From NCBI GenBank assembly GCA_021513695.1, contig CP084166.1, positions 224,001-288,000 of the forward strand: DNA of 64,000 bases, read 5' to 3'. The position numbers and the translations under genes are program-made. Positions 27,510 through 36,857 of this stretch are shown in pieces (positions within the stretch are counted from its first letter, which is position 1; every line of letters begins with the position of its first letter). Origin of the DNA: Candidatus Heimdallarchaeum aukensis (lineage in GTDB: Archaea > Asgardarchaeota > Heimdallarchaeia > Heimdallarchaeales > Heimdallarchaeaceae). The notes below the pieces were generated by a model. It did no database searches and was not told the DNA's origin. It saw nothing but the letters and a program-made list of their open reading frames with translations.

Positions 27510-28337
27510 ATGCAAAATAAAAAGCAATTTATGAAAAATCTTTCTTCAATTGAAGACATTGAAGATGAGTATGTAAGAATCCGTCTTCAAGAATTAGCTA
27601 AAGAAGATTATGTACTAGGAATTCAGATAAATGGTAGCAGAGCAACAGGTTTTGCTCGACCAAACGCTGATTGGGATGGTTTTTTGTATGTCACAGAGGA
27701 ATATTACAGTTCATTGTCTCTTAGAGAAATTCATATTTTAGAATTTGATGAAACAGTTGAACCAAAAAGATTACTTTTTGATTTTCTCCTAATTACAGAC
27801 AAATGGATGGGAGAAAGGTTAAACTCTCCTCAAGATGTAGAGCACTATGCATTTGTTGAAGGTAAAATAATTTATGATCCTACTGGAAAACTCAAAGCAT
27901 GGACAAAAAAAATAGCTCAATATCCTGAAGAAGAGCATGAAATTAGACTAAAAGCAAAATATATGCTGTGGAGAGAATCATTAGGTTTTGGACTAATAAA
28001 TGATAAACGGGGATTTGAAACAAATAAGAATGTTAATTTGCATAGAGCAGTTCTTGCTGCTGTTCATTTATGGTTTACAATTCGAAAAAGTTGGACTCCT
28101 CCTTTGAAGTGGTGGAGTTTTCATGCAAAGAAAATGGGTATGGATAATAATACTTACAAACTTTTTGAAAAAATAATTAATAATCCTGACTTAGAAGATA
28201 TGAAAAAGATAGATGCAAAGTTCAAGGAAATGATTAAGGAAAGTGGATTTGATTTTGTAGATAATATGTATGACGTTTATATGGAATATTATAGAGCAAA
28301 TCGCGATGAAGCTTTCCATAGACACATGTTCTTGTAA
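27510..28337 (+). CDS. Nucleotidyltransferase-fold protein (Pol-beta-like minimal NTase domain plus helical C-terminal domain)
   Basis: 275 aa. 'GIQINGSRATGFARPNADWDGFLYV' matches the G[SG]x9-13Dx[DE] NTase signature. Confidence 0.5.
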   Translation: MQNKKQFMKNLSSIEDIEDEYVRIRLQELAKEDYVLGIQINGSRATGFARPNADWDGFLYVTEEYYSSLSLREIHILEFDETVEPKRLLFDFLLITDKWMGERLNSPQDVEHYAFVEGKIIYDPTGKLKAWTKKIAQYPEEEHEIRLKAKYMLWRESLGFGLINDKRGFETNKNVNLHRAVLAAVHLWFTIRKSWTPPLKWWSFHAKKMGMDNNTYKLFEKIINNPDLEDMKKIDAKFKEMIKESGFDFVDNMYDVYMEYYRANRDEAFHRHMFL

Positions 28338-28415
28338 TTTTTTTGTAAAAAAATTAAAAAGCGAATAGAGTATCTTCTATCTAGAATGTTTTTTTCCTTT
28401 GTTCTAAACTGAATA

Positions 28416-29279
28416 ATGATTTTTCTGATCTCTCTTAAAAAAATTCAAAAAAAAAATAAATATCAAGAAGAAGAAAAAAGAACCATGAGCGAAGAAAAAT
28501 CAAAAGTTAAGTCATTCTTTAATCCAATTTCTTTTGTAGTTATTTTGCTAATTTGGAATTGGTTAGGTGGTTATCTACTTGATCTTTTTTCAGTTCCGTC
28601 TCAATGGATAGGGACTTATTATCTAGCAGGAACACTTATTTGGAGTTTAGTTTTTGCTAGAGTAGTCAATAAGAAACTAGAAAATATTGGTGTTACAGTT
28701 AAAGTCAAATTTGATTTAAAGTCTTTATTACTAATTATTTTAGCTGCTTTAATAGGTTCAGTATATTTGCTTTTGTCTGCGATCTACAAGTATTCTTTAC
28801 CTTTGGTTGAAATAAACACAGAAATCATAGTCACACTTATTGTTTTACCTATCTCAATTCTAATACAAGCTTTTTTTGAAGAGATAGCTTGGGCAGGATG
28901 GCTTTATTCAAACTTGAAAATGAGAGAAGAAGTAAAGAACTTGATTATAGGTTTGGTATGGGCTGTCTGGCATGTTCCTTTCTATCTATGGGGAATCAAA
29001 TATTTCACATATACACCCTTGTTATACTCTCTTAATGTCATAGGGATAATCTTATCACGTTTTGTTATTAACTGGTTCAGAAAAGAAATGGACAATGTAT
29101 GGTGGCCAACTTTCTATCATGGAGGAATAAATTTAGGTGGATTTATAATCATAGTATTGTATCCTGGTATCGAAAAAATAGCTGAAGTTATAGTATATTC
29201 AGGGTTAATACGAACAGTTATAATCTTGATTTTACAGATTGTAATAACTTTTATTGGAAAGAAAAGAGAAAAAGTTTAA
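28416..29279 (+). CDS. CPBP-like intramembrane protease family protein (second copy, more divergent)
   Basis: 287 aa. 'FFEEIAWAGWLYSNL', 'WAVWHVPFY' and 'FYHGGINLG' are in CPBP-like positions. The true start may be the internal Met of 'MSEEKSKVKS'. Confidence 0.5.
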   Translation: MIFLISLKKIQKKNKYQEEEKRTMSEEKSKVKSFFNPISFVVILLIWNWLGGYLLDLFSVPSQWIGTYYLAGTLIWSLVFARVVNKKLENIGVTVKVKFDLKSLLLIILAALIGSVYLLLSAIYKYSLPLVEINTEIIVTLIVLPISILIQAFFEEIAWAGWLYSNLKMREEVKNLIIGLVWAVWHVPFYLWGIKYFTYTPLLYSLNVIGIILSRFVINWFRKEMDNVWWPTFYHGGINLGGFIIIVLYPGIEKIAEVIVYSGLIRTVIILILQIVITFIGKKREKV

Positions 29280-29291
29280 TTTTTCTCCTTT

Positions 29292-32099
29292 TCAATCCAA
29301 TTTTAGCATTTTTATTTCTATTGGATCAAAGCCAACTTTTAATTTGTTTTCTACTTTTTCTAATTCCTTTACAACTGTTCCATCAATCATAATTTGATTT
29401 ACTTTAGAAACAGTAGCAGGTACTTGAATCGTAGTTTCTTGTTTCTTTTCAGATAGATTGTATAATGTAACTAAAATTGCTCCATCTTTCTTTCTTAATG
29501 AAGATATTCTGATAAAAGGGTTAGAATTGGTTATTATTGGTTCAATCTTTTTATTTTCACTGTTATTACTTACAACAATAGAAATAGGTTGTAAACAAGC
29601 ATTTTCAGAAAGATTATCTGAATAAACAATGTTCTTATTTTTGGAGTGAGCTACAATTGAATACTCAAACTCGAAAGACTTGTTTTCTTCTTGTGCTCCT
29701 GGAGTGTATAAAAAGGGGCCAGCATGCATAGGTCTTTCTGGAAAATCAGAACGAGATAACCAACCTACAGATCTGAGGAGTGTAAGACATAATTTTGAAC
29801 CTTCTACAAGCTCAACTTCAGGTAAACCTTTGTTTATTAAAGTAAAAGCTTCTTCACCTTTCTCATTTCCTACTCTGATCCACCTTTTCTGTGCTTGTAT
29901 TCCAGAAGGTTTTTCTACATAATTTTCTGCTTCTTTCGGATAAGAATTTCTTTCAATATAACCAAAATGAGTAGAAGTGTAAGTTTTTTTACTTGAGAAA
30001 GGTAATGAGAAAGTAATTCTTAAACGATGGTCTTTTGCAGTATTGAATATTTTTGTTTTTATATCAATTCGTGGAGAATCTCTGAAAAAAGTAAAATGAG
30101 TAACTACATCAATTTTTGTTTTTCCTATTCTCTTTTCTCTTTTCTCATCTAATTGCCTAAATGTTTTAAAAGTGGCTTTTTCTTCGACTACTGTGAAAAC
30201 TTCACCTTTTGTTATAATTCTTCTTTTAGTTTTTGACAATTTAGTCTTTACAGGACCTACAAAACTGTAAGTGTATTCATCTCCTCTATCTCCAGTGTCT
30301 TCAAATTGATGAAGTAGAGAATATTCAGTTTTTGTTTTCTTATCATAAAGAGAAAAGGAACCATTTCTCTTAAATTTGACAATATAATAATTGTTAGAAA
30401 TAGTATTCTTTGTTACATTAAATTCTTTTTGAGTTATTGTGTTATCATTTGCTTTTATTGATGAATTAACAGTAAAGCGAGTAAAAGACCAAGGTTTAAG
30501 AGGAGCAAATGAAGCGTATTTTTGCTTAACTCCTCTAGTAGCAACAACATGAAAAAGCTTAAACTTACCACTATTGATCATCTCTTTCAATTCTTTCTTC
30601 ATTTTATCGATATTTAGTTCACCAATAGGTTTCTTTCCACATATAATTTTAATCTCACAAATAGAGTTTTCCTCATCTTTGTTAATAATTACCTCATTGA
30701 TGTAATCATCAATTATTTTTCTACCAGGAAGAAGTTTTAATCCTGATTTTAACATCAATGGTTTCATCTTTTCGTCTAAAATTTTTTCTTGCGAACTATA
30801 AAGTGGTTGAATAGTGTATCTTTGACCGTCTTCACTTATTATCGTCTTTATAGGGAAGTCTAATGGAAAATCAAATTCAAAATAAGTAGGTTCACTACTA
30901 TTTGTCGGGTTGAAAATCATAATCTCTTTAGGCTTTTCAGATTCGTCTAAAGACATTTTAGCTAAAATATTTTCTAAAATGATGTTAGCAATACTTTCAG
31001 ACCAATAAAACCTTGATTTCATTTCTTCATGAGTTTGATCAATTGAACACCCACAAATCGAGTCATGAGGGTGGTTTTTTAGTAACCATTTCCAAGCTAA
31101 ATCTAAATAGGTTTTAGGATATTCAAACGTATAATAATAAGATAAATAAGTTGAAAGTGGTTCTGCATAATGTACAAGGAGATCCTCTATTTTTTGGTTC
31201 CACTGTTTAATCCAAACCCTACTGGAATATGTGTCTTGCAAAAGAGGAGCTCTTTCTGAAGAACGAAATTCTCCTGCATAATGAGCAGGTCCATAATTTT
31301 CCTTTTTCATTTTTTCATTCAATTTTTCTATGAATTCACTAAGAGAACCTAATTTTACTTCAAGATTTTCATATTTTATTTCTTTTAACATTCTGGGGAT
31401 TTTTTCCTTTGGAAATTGGTGGTCCGTTCCATTCATAAGTAAATATAAAGGAAAAGGAGAAAAACTTTCTAGATCTTTTACACAAGTTTCTATTTGAGAT
31501 TTAAGTTCTTCTTTATTTTCGTCTGTTAAATGAGCTGCATTTCCATATCCATAAGGCATGTAAATTCCTAAAATTGATTTAGTAGAGTTTTCATTTCCTT
31601 TCCAAATGAAGGGTACTGTATTTATTTCCTCTCCTACTCCTCTCCAGATAATAGAACCAGAAAAATCAGTTAAATCTGAAACTAATTGAGGAATAGCTCT
31701 TGTATGACCAAACTGGTCAGGAAGATAAGCGAGTTTCATTAATGGAATGTTGTATTTTTTTGAAAGATTATAACTAACTTCAAGATTTCTTATCAAACTT
31801 TCTTGTCCAACTAACCATTCGTCTGGAAGAACATACCAGGGTCCTACTTCAATTTTTCCTTTTTTAATCAAATCCAGTAATTCTTCTTTATTTTCTTTTC
31901 TAATCTCAAAATAATCTTCCAAAACTATAGTTTGTCCATCTAGCATAAAGTAATAATCTTGTTTTCTATTTATCTCAATTAGCTTGTCGATTAATTTTAC
32001 TAAGTTAGCTCTAAAATATTGAAAAGGTTTATACCATTCTCTATCCCAATGTGTATGAGGAACAATAATTACTTCTTTCTGTTTATCCTTGATGTCCAT
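29292..32099 (-). CDS. Glycoside hydrolase family 38 alpha-mannosidase
   Basis: 935 aa. N-terminal 'VIIVPHTHWDREWYKPFQ' is the GH38 catalytic-domain signature. Length and domain order are typical. Confidence 0.9.
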   Translation of the reverse strand: MDIKDKQKEVIIVPHTHWDREWYKPFQYFRANLVKLIDKLIEINRKQDYYFMLDGQTIVLEDYFEIRKENKEELLDLIKKGKIEVGPWYVLPDEWLVGQESLIRNLEVSYNLSKKYNIPLMKLAYLPDQFGHTRAIPQLVSDLTDFSGSIIWRGVGEEINTVPFIWKGNENSTKSILGIYMPYGYGNAAHLTDENKEELKSQIETCVKDLESFSPFPLYLLMNGTDHQFPKEKIPRMLKEIKYENLEVKLGSLSEFIEKLNEKMKKENYGPAHYAGEFRSSERAPLLQDTYSSRVWIKQWNQKIEDLLVHYAEPLSTYLSYYYTFEYPKTYLDLAWKWLLKNHPHDSICGCSIDQTHEEMKSRFYWSESIANIILENILAKMSLDESEKPKEIMIFNPTNSSEPTYFEFDFPLDFPIKTIISEDGQRYTIQPLYSSQEKILDEKMKPLMLKSGLKLLPGRKIIDDYINEVIINKDEENSICEIKIICGKKPIGELNIDKMKKELKEMINSGKFKLFHVVATRGVKQKYASFAPLKPWSFTRFTVNSSIKANDNTITQKEFNVTKNTISNNYYIVKFKRNGSFSLYDKKTKTEYSLLHQFEDTGDRGDEYTYSFVGPVKTKLSKTKRRIITKGEVFTVVEEKATFKTFRQLDEKREKRIGKTKIDVVTHFTFFRDSPRIDIKTKIFNTAKDHRLRITFSLPFSSKKTYTSTHFGYIERNSYPKEAENYVEKPSGIQAQKRWIRVGNEKGEEAFTLINKGLPEVELVEGSKLCLTLLRSVGWLSRSDFPERPMHAGPFLYTPGAQEENKSFEFEYSIVAHSKNKNIVYSDNLSENACLQPISIVVSNNSENKKIEPIITNSNPFIRISSLRKKDGAILVTLYNLSEKKQETTIQVPATVSKVNQIMIDGTVVKELEKVENKLKVGFDPIEIKMLKLD

Positions 32100-32180
32100 A
32101 CTGATCTTTTCGAAGCTAAATAAATAAAAGTTATTCTCAAGAAAGGAGATATCTGAATATAAAAGAAAAAATATGTTTAT

Positions 32181-33065
32181 CTATTTTGTAGCAATGACAA
32201 AGTAAAATTCTTTAAAATCTTTAATTTTAACGTTTTCTTTTTCAAATACTTTGAAGAACAACTCTTCTAATTCTTCTTTTTTAAACTTCCTTAATTTTCT
32301 CTCTTTTATTGTTTTAGCAAAGTAAAAACTAAATCCCTTTGTTTCAGTTTCTATTGCGTCTACTATATAACTTTCGAAAAACTTGAATTCAAAAAATCCT
32401 GCTCTTCCTCCCTTTTTTAAGATTCTCTTTGTTTCATGAAGAAATTCTATAGAATCTTCATCATTAAGTAACCCTAAATTTAAAGTTGAAAGAAACCTGT
32501 CTAAAAGATTATCTTTTAGAGGTATTTCATCATATTTTGCCCTTATGTTTTGATAACTATCTATTGCTGTTTCATGTGCTTCTGGCATCAGGATATTATA
32601 ACGACTGAATTTCTCTTTTGGTCCAGCGTTAACACACTTTGTACATAGAGTTGGAATTAAAAATTGCTGATTACCAGAAGATATAGTACCAAAAGTTAAA
32701 TCTTTAGAACATTTCATTTGTTTTTTACAGTCATTATTTAGTTCAATTGCCATTTTCTTGCTTACTCCTTCTATCAAGGCACCTAAAGACCAATTCAGCA
32801 TAAATCCAATCTGTTTTTTTCCATACTCTGTTATAGACAAATATGATCGATACCCTTGCCCTTTTATTTGCTCATCCTTAATTAGTTTCTCTTGTTTTAA
32901 TCTTTCAAAAATAGCATAAAAAGAACTATCTGGTTTGTTTCCTAAAGAAGGGTATTTAGTTCTGATTATGTGAATAATCTCACTTTTGTATAAGGGCACG
33001 TTTGAATTTTTTAGGATAGTTAATATTTCTAGGCCTAACCAATTAATAGCGAATAAGGCATCCAT
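32181..33065 (-). CDS. PadR-like winged-helix transcriptional regulator with C-terminal extension
   Basis: 294 aa. 'GLEILTILKNSNVPLYKSEIIHII...SSFYAIFERLKQEKLIKDE...YRSYLSITEYGKKQ' follows the PadR pattern (..LYP.L.RLE..GLI...RKYY.LT..G). Confidence 0.5.
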   Translation of the reverse strand: MDALFAINWLGLEILTILKNSNVPLYKSEIIHIIRTKYPSLGNKPDSSFYAIFERLKQEKLIKDEQIKGQGYRSYLSITEYGKKQIGFMLNWSLGALIEGVSKKMAIELNNDCKKQMKCSKDLTFGTISSGNQQFLIPTLCTKCVNAGPKEKFSRYNILMPEAHETAIDSYQNIRAKYDEIPLKDNLLDRFLSTLNLGLLNDEDSIEFLHETKRILKKGGRAGFFEFKFFESYIVDAIETETKGFSFYFAKTIKERKLRKFKKEELEELFFKVFEKENVKIKDFKEFYFVIATK

Positions 33066-33237
33066 ATCTGTTGATTAAAAATGCAATTATTAAAAATTTT
33101 TCTTTTAAAAAAGTGTTTGTTCTCTTAATTTATAGTTTTTGATTATTATATAACTATCTTTAATAAACTTGAATTTATTCAGCGAATAAAAATTGACTCG
33201 GACAAATTGTTTAAATATTAATAAATATAAATGAATC

Positions 33238-33519
33238 TTGATAAGAATGGATTTAGTAGTTAAGGATCCTGAAAAAATAGTAGAAATCGCAAAAGTACTC
33301 TCAAGTACAACAAGATTCAAAATAATTCACTTATTGAAAGACAAAGAAATGACAATTAGTGATCTCGCAGATGAAATTCGTCAAACACAAGCAAATACAT
33401 CAGCTCAAATAAAAATGATAGAAAATGTAGGGTTGATGGAAAATAAGTATGAGCCTGGAGATCATGGAGTGAAAAAACTTTGTAAAACAAAGGTCAAAAG
33501 AATAATAATTGAGATATAG
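33238..33519 (+). CDS. ArsR/SmtB-family HTH transcriptional regulator
   Basis: 93 aa. 'RFKIIHLLKDKEMTISDLADEIRQTQANTSAQIKMIENVGLM' is the ArsR-type HTH with recognition helix. Confidence 0.7.
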   Translation: MIRMDLVVKDPEKIVEIAKVLSSTTRFKIIHLLKDKEMTISDLADEIRQTQANTSAQIKMIENVGLMENKYEPGDHGVKKLCKTKVKRIIIEI

Positions 33520-33552
33520 ATATCATAAGTAGAAATATTGGAAATTTCTTAA

Positions 33553-33747
33553 TTATTTCTTTTCTAAATATATTACTTTTTCAAACATATTTGTAAGTGG
33601 TAATAAAACAAAAAGATTACTCTCTTCAGGTAAATTGTCGATAGAAGTGTAGAGTATAAAAGGCGAGTCTTCAGATTCTCTAATCATAATCTTAAAGAAA
33701 GGATTCAGAGAAACAATTTTTTTAATGTCTTCAATAGATATGGTCAT
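33553..33747 (-). CDS. Small hypothetical protein (64 aa)
   Basis: ORF track only. It abuts the downstream end of the TnpB element. Confidence 0.25.
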   Translation of the reverse strand: MTISIEDIKKIVSLNPFFKIMIRESEDSPFILYTSIDNLPEESNLFVLLPLTNMFEKVIYLEKK

Positions 33748-33988
33748 GATTTACTTTTTTACGTAAAGTTTTTCACACTCTGTCTTGCAAGAGAGAAAAC
33801 TAAAGGAAGTTTAATCTCTTGAACTCAACCAAGCCATACAATGCCATGAAGGGGTTGAGACAGACATCATACACGAATCGTGGGAATCATAAAGAAGAAA
33901 AGAACTAAAAACTCTTTTCTTCACTCCACGAGAGACAAAAAAGAAAGAATTACTCCTATAATAGAGAAGGAGTTAAGTTCTTTTTTGT

Positions 33989-35443
33989 CTACTGGGGCTG
34001 CAACCAATGGCTGAGCCCTCGGCAAACAGTGAAATGGGAAGAACTGAACCTTTGACCAGTGAGGTAATCAGTGATAGTTGTTCCTCGAGGACGAAAAAGA
34101 GCACCAAGGAACTTACGAGCGATATTCATTGCTCCTGTGAGGTCAGAGTGGAAAGTGTAATTGCAAGAGGGGCAATGGACTAAACCTCTAACAGGACGGA
34201 CAACTTTCCTTCCACAACGAGTACAGTGAGAGGATGTCCCTCTTTCCTCTACGGTTAATATTCGATGAGGGTCAAAACCTCTTAATATCAATGCTCGACG
34301 GAGAAGAGTAAGAACTAGAGAAAAGTTCCACTGATGAAGTTTCCTGCGAAACTTACGCGCACTGTTCCCTTTTCCTTTATCTTTTCTCACATTTTTGGGG
34401 TAACCTACGACGACGAAAAGGTCATACCTTCGAGCATAGGTCTCTATCGTCTGCACAACCTCACTTATAAATTGGTGAATATAGGACAGTTTAACGTTTC
34501 TATATCTTCTTCGGAGAAGACTAAGAAAACGATAAACTTGGTGTTTTTTACCCGACTGGTCGTTTAAAGCTGCTTTCCTCTGAAGACGGGAAAGTTTGAG
34601 TTTATATCTATGATTGATTTTATTCCATTGTTTGGTATACCAGAATTTTATTTCTTCACTTGTTAATTTCTTTTTAGGGGTTAGTAACACTCCTGCAGCA
34701 GGAATGTTTATCCCTAGATCTATTCCCAGCACAGCTGGAGGAAGAGAAGAAGAACTTTTTTTTTTAGGAGGATAAAAAGAAGGAGGAGGAAGAACTCTTA
34801 GTTGGAAATACACCCACCACTCATGTGTAGAACGTTTATATCTTAGTTCTAAACTTTTTATTCGTCCTTTCTTTAATTCCTTCTGGTGGAAAGTGCTCAT
34901 CTCTAAAGGCAACCATAACTTCTGATGATATGGGGTATTTCTTTTCCACGTATCTAACGAGTCTCTTATCCCCACCCACCAACGAGCGAGAGTGTTATTC
35001 TTCTCTTTAGGTAAATGGACGAGAACGAACCTCTTTGCATTAATTAGTTGTCTTCTTGCTCTCTTTATTGGAGGACGAGTATTATTAGGTCTATACCCTT
35101 GTTCATATAATTGTACGGCTATATCTCTACACTCTTGAAATTCATTGTGGGAACAATAAGGGAACATTTTCTTCAGATCGTGAGGGACATTCTTTCTTCT
35201 CTCTTCTTCTTTAACTTTTGAAGTAGTTAGCGTCAACTCATCTAGTTTTCCTCTATGCACTCTTATTTTCCCTTTTTTAGTTTTAGTACATATTTTTCTT
35301 CTGTTGTGGTGTATAATTCTCACATACTTTTCTATTATCCTCGTATCTCTTCCCGTTATTCTCCTTAACCTTTCCTTCTTCCTCGTCGTCAATACCTCCT
35401 TCTTTATTCTCACTTTCAAGGTTTTGACGACGTCCTTCACCAT
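33989..35443 (-). CDS. tnpB: TnpB (OrfB) RuvC-like RNA-guided nuclease of IS200/IS605 family
   Basis: 484 aa. 'VLGIDLGINIPAAG' (RuvC-I Asp), 'RRYDLFVVVGYPKNVRKDK', Zn ribbon 'CTRCGRK...HCPSCNYTFHSD', and RuvC-III 'SDLTGAMNIARK'. Confidence 0.85.
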   Translation of the reverse strand: MVKDVVKTLKVRIKKEVLTTRKKERLRRITGRDTRIIEKYVRIIHHNRRKICTKTKKGKIRVHRGKLDELTLTTSKVKEEERRKNVPHDLKKMFPYCSHNEFQECRDIAVQLYEQGYRPNNTRPPIKRARRQLINAKRFVLVHLPKEKNNTLARWWVGIRDSLDTWKRNTPYHQKLWLPLEMSTFHQKELKKGRIKSLELRYKRSTHEWWVYFQLRVLPPPSFYPPKKKSSSSLPPAVLGIDLGINIPAAGVLLTPKKKLTSEEIKFWYTKQWNKINHRYKLKLSRLQRKAALNDQSGKKHQVYRFLSLLRRRYRNVKLSYIHQFISEVVQTIETYARRYDLFVVVGYPKNVRKDKGKGNSARKFRRKLHQWNFSLVLTLLRRALILRGFDPHRILTVEERGTSSHCTRCGRKVVRPVRGLVHCPSCNYTFHSDLTGAMNIARKFLGALFRPRGTTITDYLTGQRFSSSHFTVCRGLSHWLQPQ

Positions 35444-35580
35444 CTTTCTCTTTTCTCCTTCTTTCCTCTTTTTTTTGTTTCTTCTTCTCTTTTTTATTCT
35501 ACTTTTTTCCCTATAAAAACCCCTCTCCTTCCTCTCCTCTCCTTTCTTTTTTCTCTCTACATTTTCCTCAATAATTGTAA
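35444..35580. repeat. Long polypyrimidine (CT-rich) low-complexity tract immediately upstream of tnpB
   Basis: 35300-35580 on the plus strand is almost exclusively C/T ('cctctccttcctctcctctcctttctttttt...'). The 70-aa poly-F/L ORF 35304..35516 is a translation artefact of this tract. Confidence 0.6.
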
Positions 35581-35581
35581 A

Positions 35582-36082
35582 TTACGTAAAAAATAGACGC
35601 ATGCTAGAAGTTAATTTCTTTAGAGATTCAAGAGGTATAGCTGAAAGATTATTTAGAATTGTAAACTCTAAATTCATTTTTGTTAATATTTGACTAAAAG
35701 CAGTTATCCTCTTCCTAGCATTAGACAGATGATCTCGTATGGTTGAAGGGCTATTTTGAGTAAACTTTGCTATTTCTTCTGATTTGAAATCTAAAATATC
35801 GTGAAGATAAAAACAAAGAAATTGTTTGTCAGATAAAACGGAAGAAACAGGATTAATATCAGAAAAATAACCAAGGTTTACTAATTTAGAAACAGTTTCT
35901 AAAAAATCTAATTCTTGAACTTCTTCTTTAATACTATCTTTCCTTTTAAAAGAAAAAAGAATAACTAAGGAAGCTCTTCTAATTTCCATGTTAATGAAGA
36001 GTTTTAAATGTTTAATACTTTCAGGAATTTTGGGTAAAAATTCTTTATGATCTTCATTTTTTACTAGAATCGAAAATTTCAT
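35582..36082 (-). CDS. Hypothetical protein with sigma-70 region-4-like / LuxR-like HTH
   Basis: 166 aa. 'LSDKQFLCFYLHDILDFKSEEIAKFTQNSPSTIRDHLSNARKRI' matches the sigma70_r4_2 pattern (LxxxxRxVfxLxxxeGlSyeEIAexlgisxgTVksrlhrARkkL). Confidence 0.4.
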   Translation of the reverse strand: MKFSILVKNEDHKEFLPKIPESIKHLKLFINMEIRRASLVILFSFKRKDSIKEEVQELDFLETVSKLVNLGYFSDINPVSSVLSDKQFLCFYLHDILDFKSEEIAKFTQNSPSTIRDHLSNARKRITAFSQILTKMNLEFTILNNLSAIPLESLKKLTSSMRLFFT

Positions 36083-36168
36083 TCAATAAATCAATCTCAC
36101 TAATTATTTATAAATGAAGAAAAAAAGATTTCTCATATTTATAAAGAAATTCAATTATAAATCATTGA

Positions 36169-36801
36169 ATGAGAAAATTTCATGATTCAGAGAAAGAACA
36201 TCTATTTGAGCTAATAAGAATTATTCAAACAAGTTTAGATAGTATTCTTCAAAACAAAGATATCTATGAAAGTTCATATGTAGAAGAATTAGAAAAAAGA
36301 AATATTGCATTCATATCGTTATTAATCTATATCCAGAAAACGATTAGTGAAGTAATTTTGTGGGATTCTGAATTTGGAAAGGATTTATTTTTAGTCAATA
36401 AAGAAACTGATATTTCAAGAATTAGTAAATTAGACATTATAAAGGAAACAAATCTTATTGCTCAATCCATTACCCGACTAATTAAGCATTTAATTCAAAT
36501 TTTTTTGGATAGTAGAATGAAATATAAAATGGATATTTCTCAAGCAAATGAAACTCATCTTTTTCCTTTCCCCTTTTATTTTGAAAATGAAATGCAAATA
36601 CAGAGTTTAGCAGAAGCAGTTATAAAGATCGATAATCAATTAAGTAGATTATTTGACGAAGGATTTGTTACAAAATCTAGAAAAAGGAATATTAATTTAG
36701 ATTTGACAAATTCAATTTCTTTTGCAGATAAAGAAAATTTTAAACCTCACGAAAGACCTAATTTAGAAGATGTTCTTGATGAAATACTAATAGAAGGATA
36801 G
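36169..36801 (+). CDS. Hypothetical protein
   Basis: 210 aa, ORF track. No recognisable motif. Confidence 0.4.
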   Translation: MRKFHDSEKEHLFELIRIIQTSLDSILQNKDIYESSYVEELEKRNIAFISLLIYIQKTISEVILWDSEFGKDLFLVNKETDISRISKLDIIKETNLIAQSITRLIKHLIQIFLDSRMKYKMDISQANETHLFPFPFYFENEMQIQSLAEAVIKIDNQLSRLFDEGFVTKSRKRNINLDLTNSISFADKENFKPHERPNLEDVLDEILIEG

Positions 36802-36857
36802 CTATAGTCATTTTTTCTATTTCTTCTTTCTTTATAAAGTAATATTAAGATAAGATT

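Larger units (their letters stand above)
33780..35580 (-). mobile_element. IS200/IS605-family TnpB-only insertion element (IS1341-like), approximate boundaries
   Basis: TnpB gene plus a hairpin-rich, GC-richer ~200 bp beyond its stop (33780-33988), e.g. CTCAACC...GGTTGAG and ACTCCT...GGAGTT, where a right-end/omegaRNA scaffold would lie. A CT-rich tract flanks the upstream side. Composition is clearly GC- and Arg-richer than host genes. Confidence 0.55.

Noticed and set aside
35304-35516. 70-aa ORF rich in Phe/Leu/Ser
   Set aside because: It is a translation of the CT-rich polypyrimidine tract upstream of tnpB. It overlaps the N terminus of the minus-strand TnpB gene and is not a real gene.
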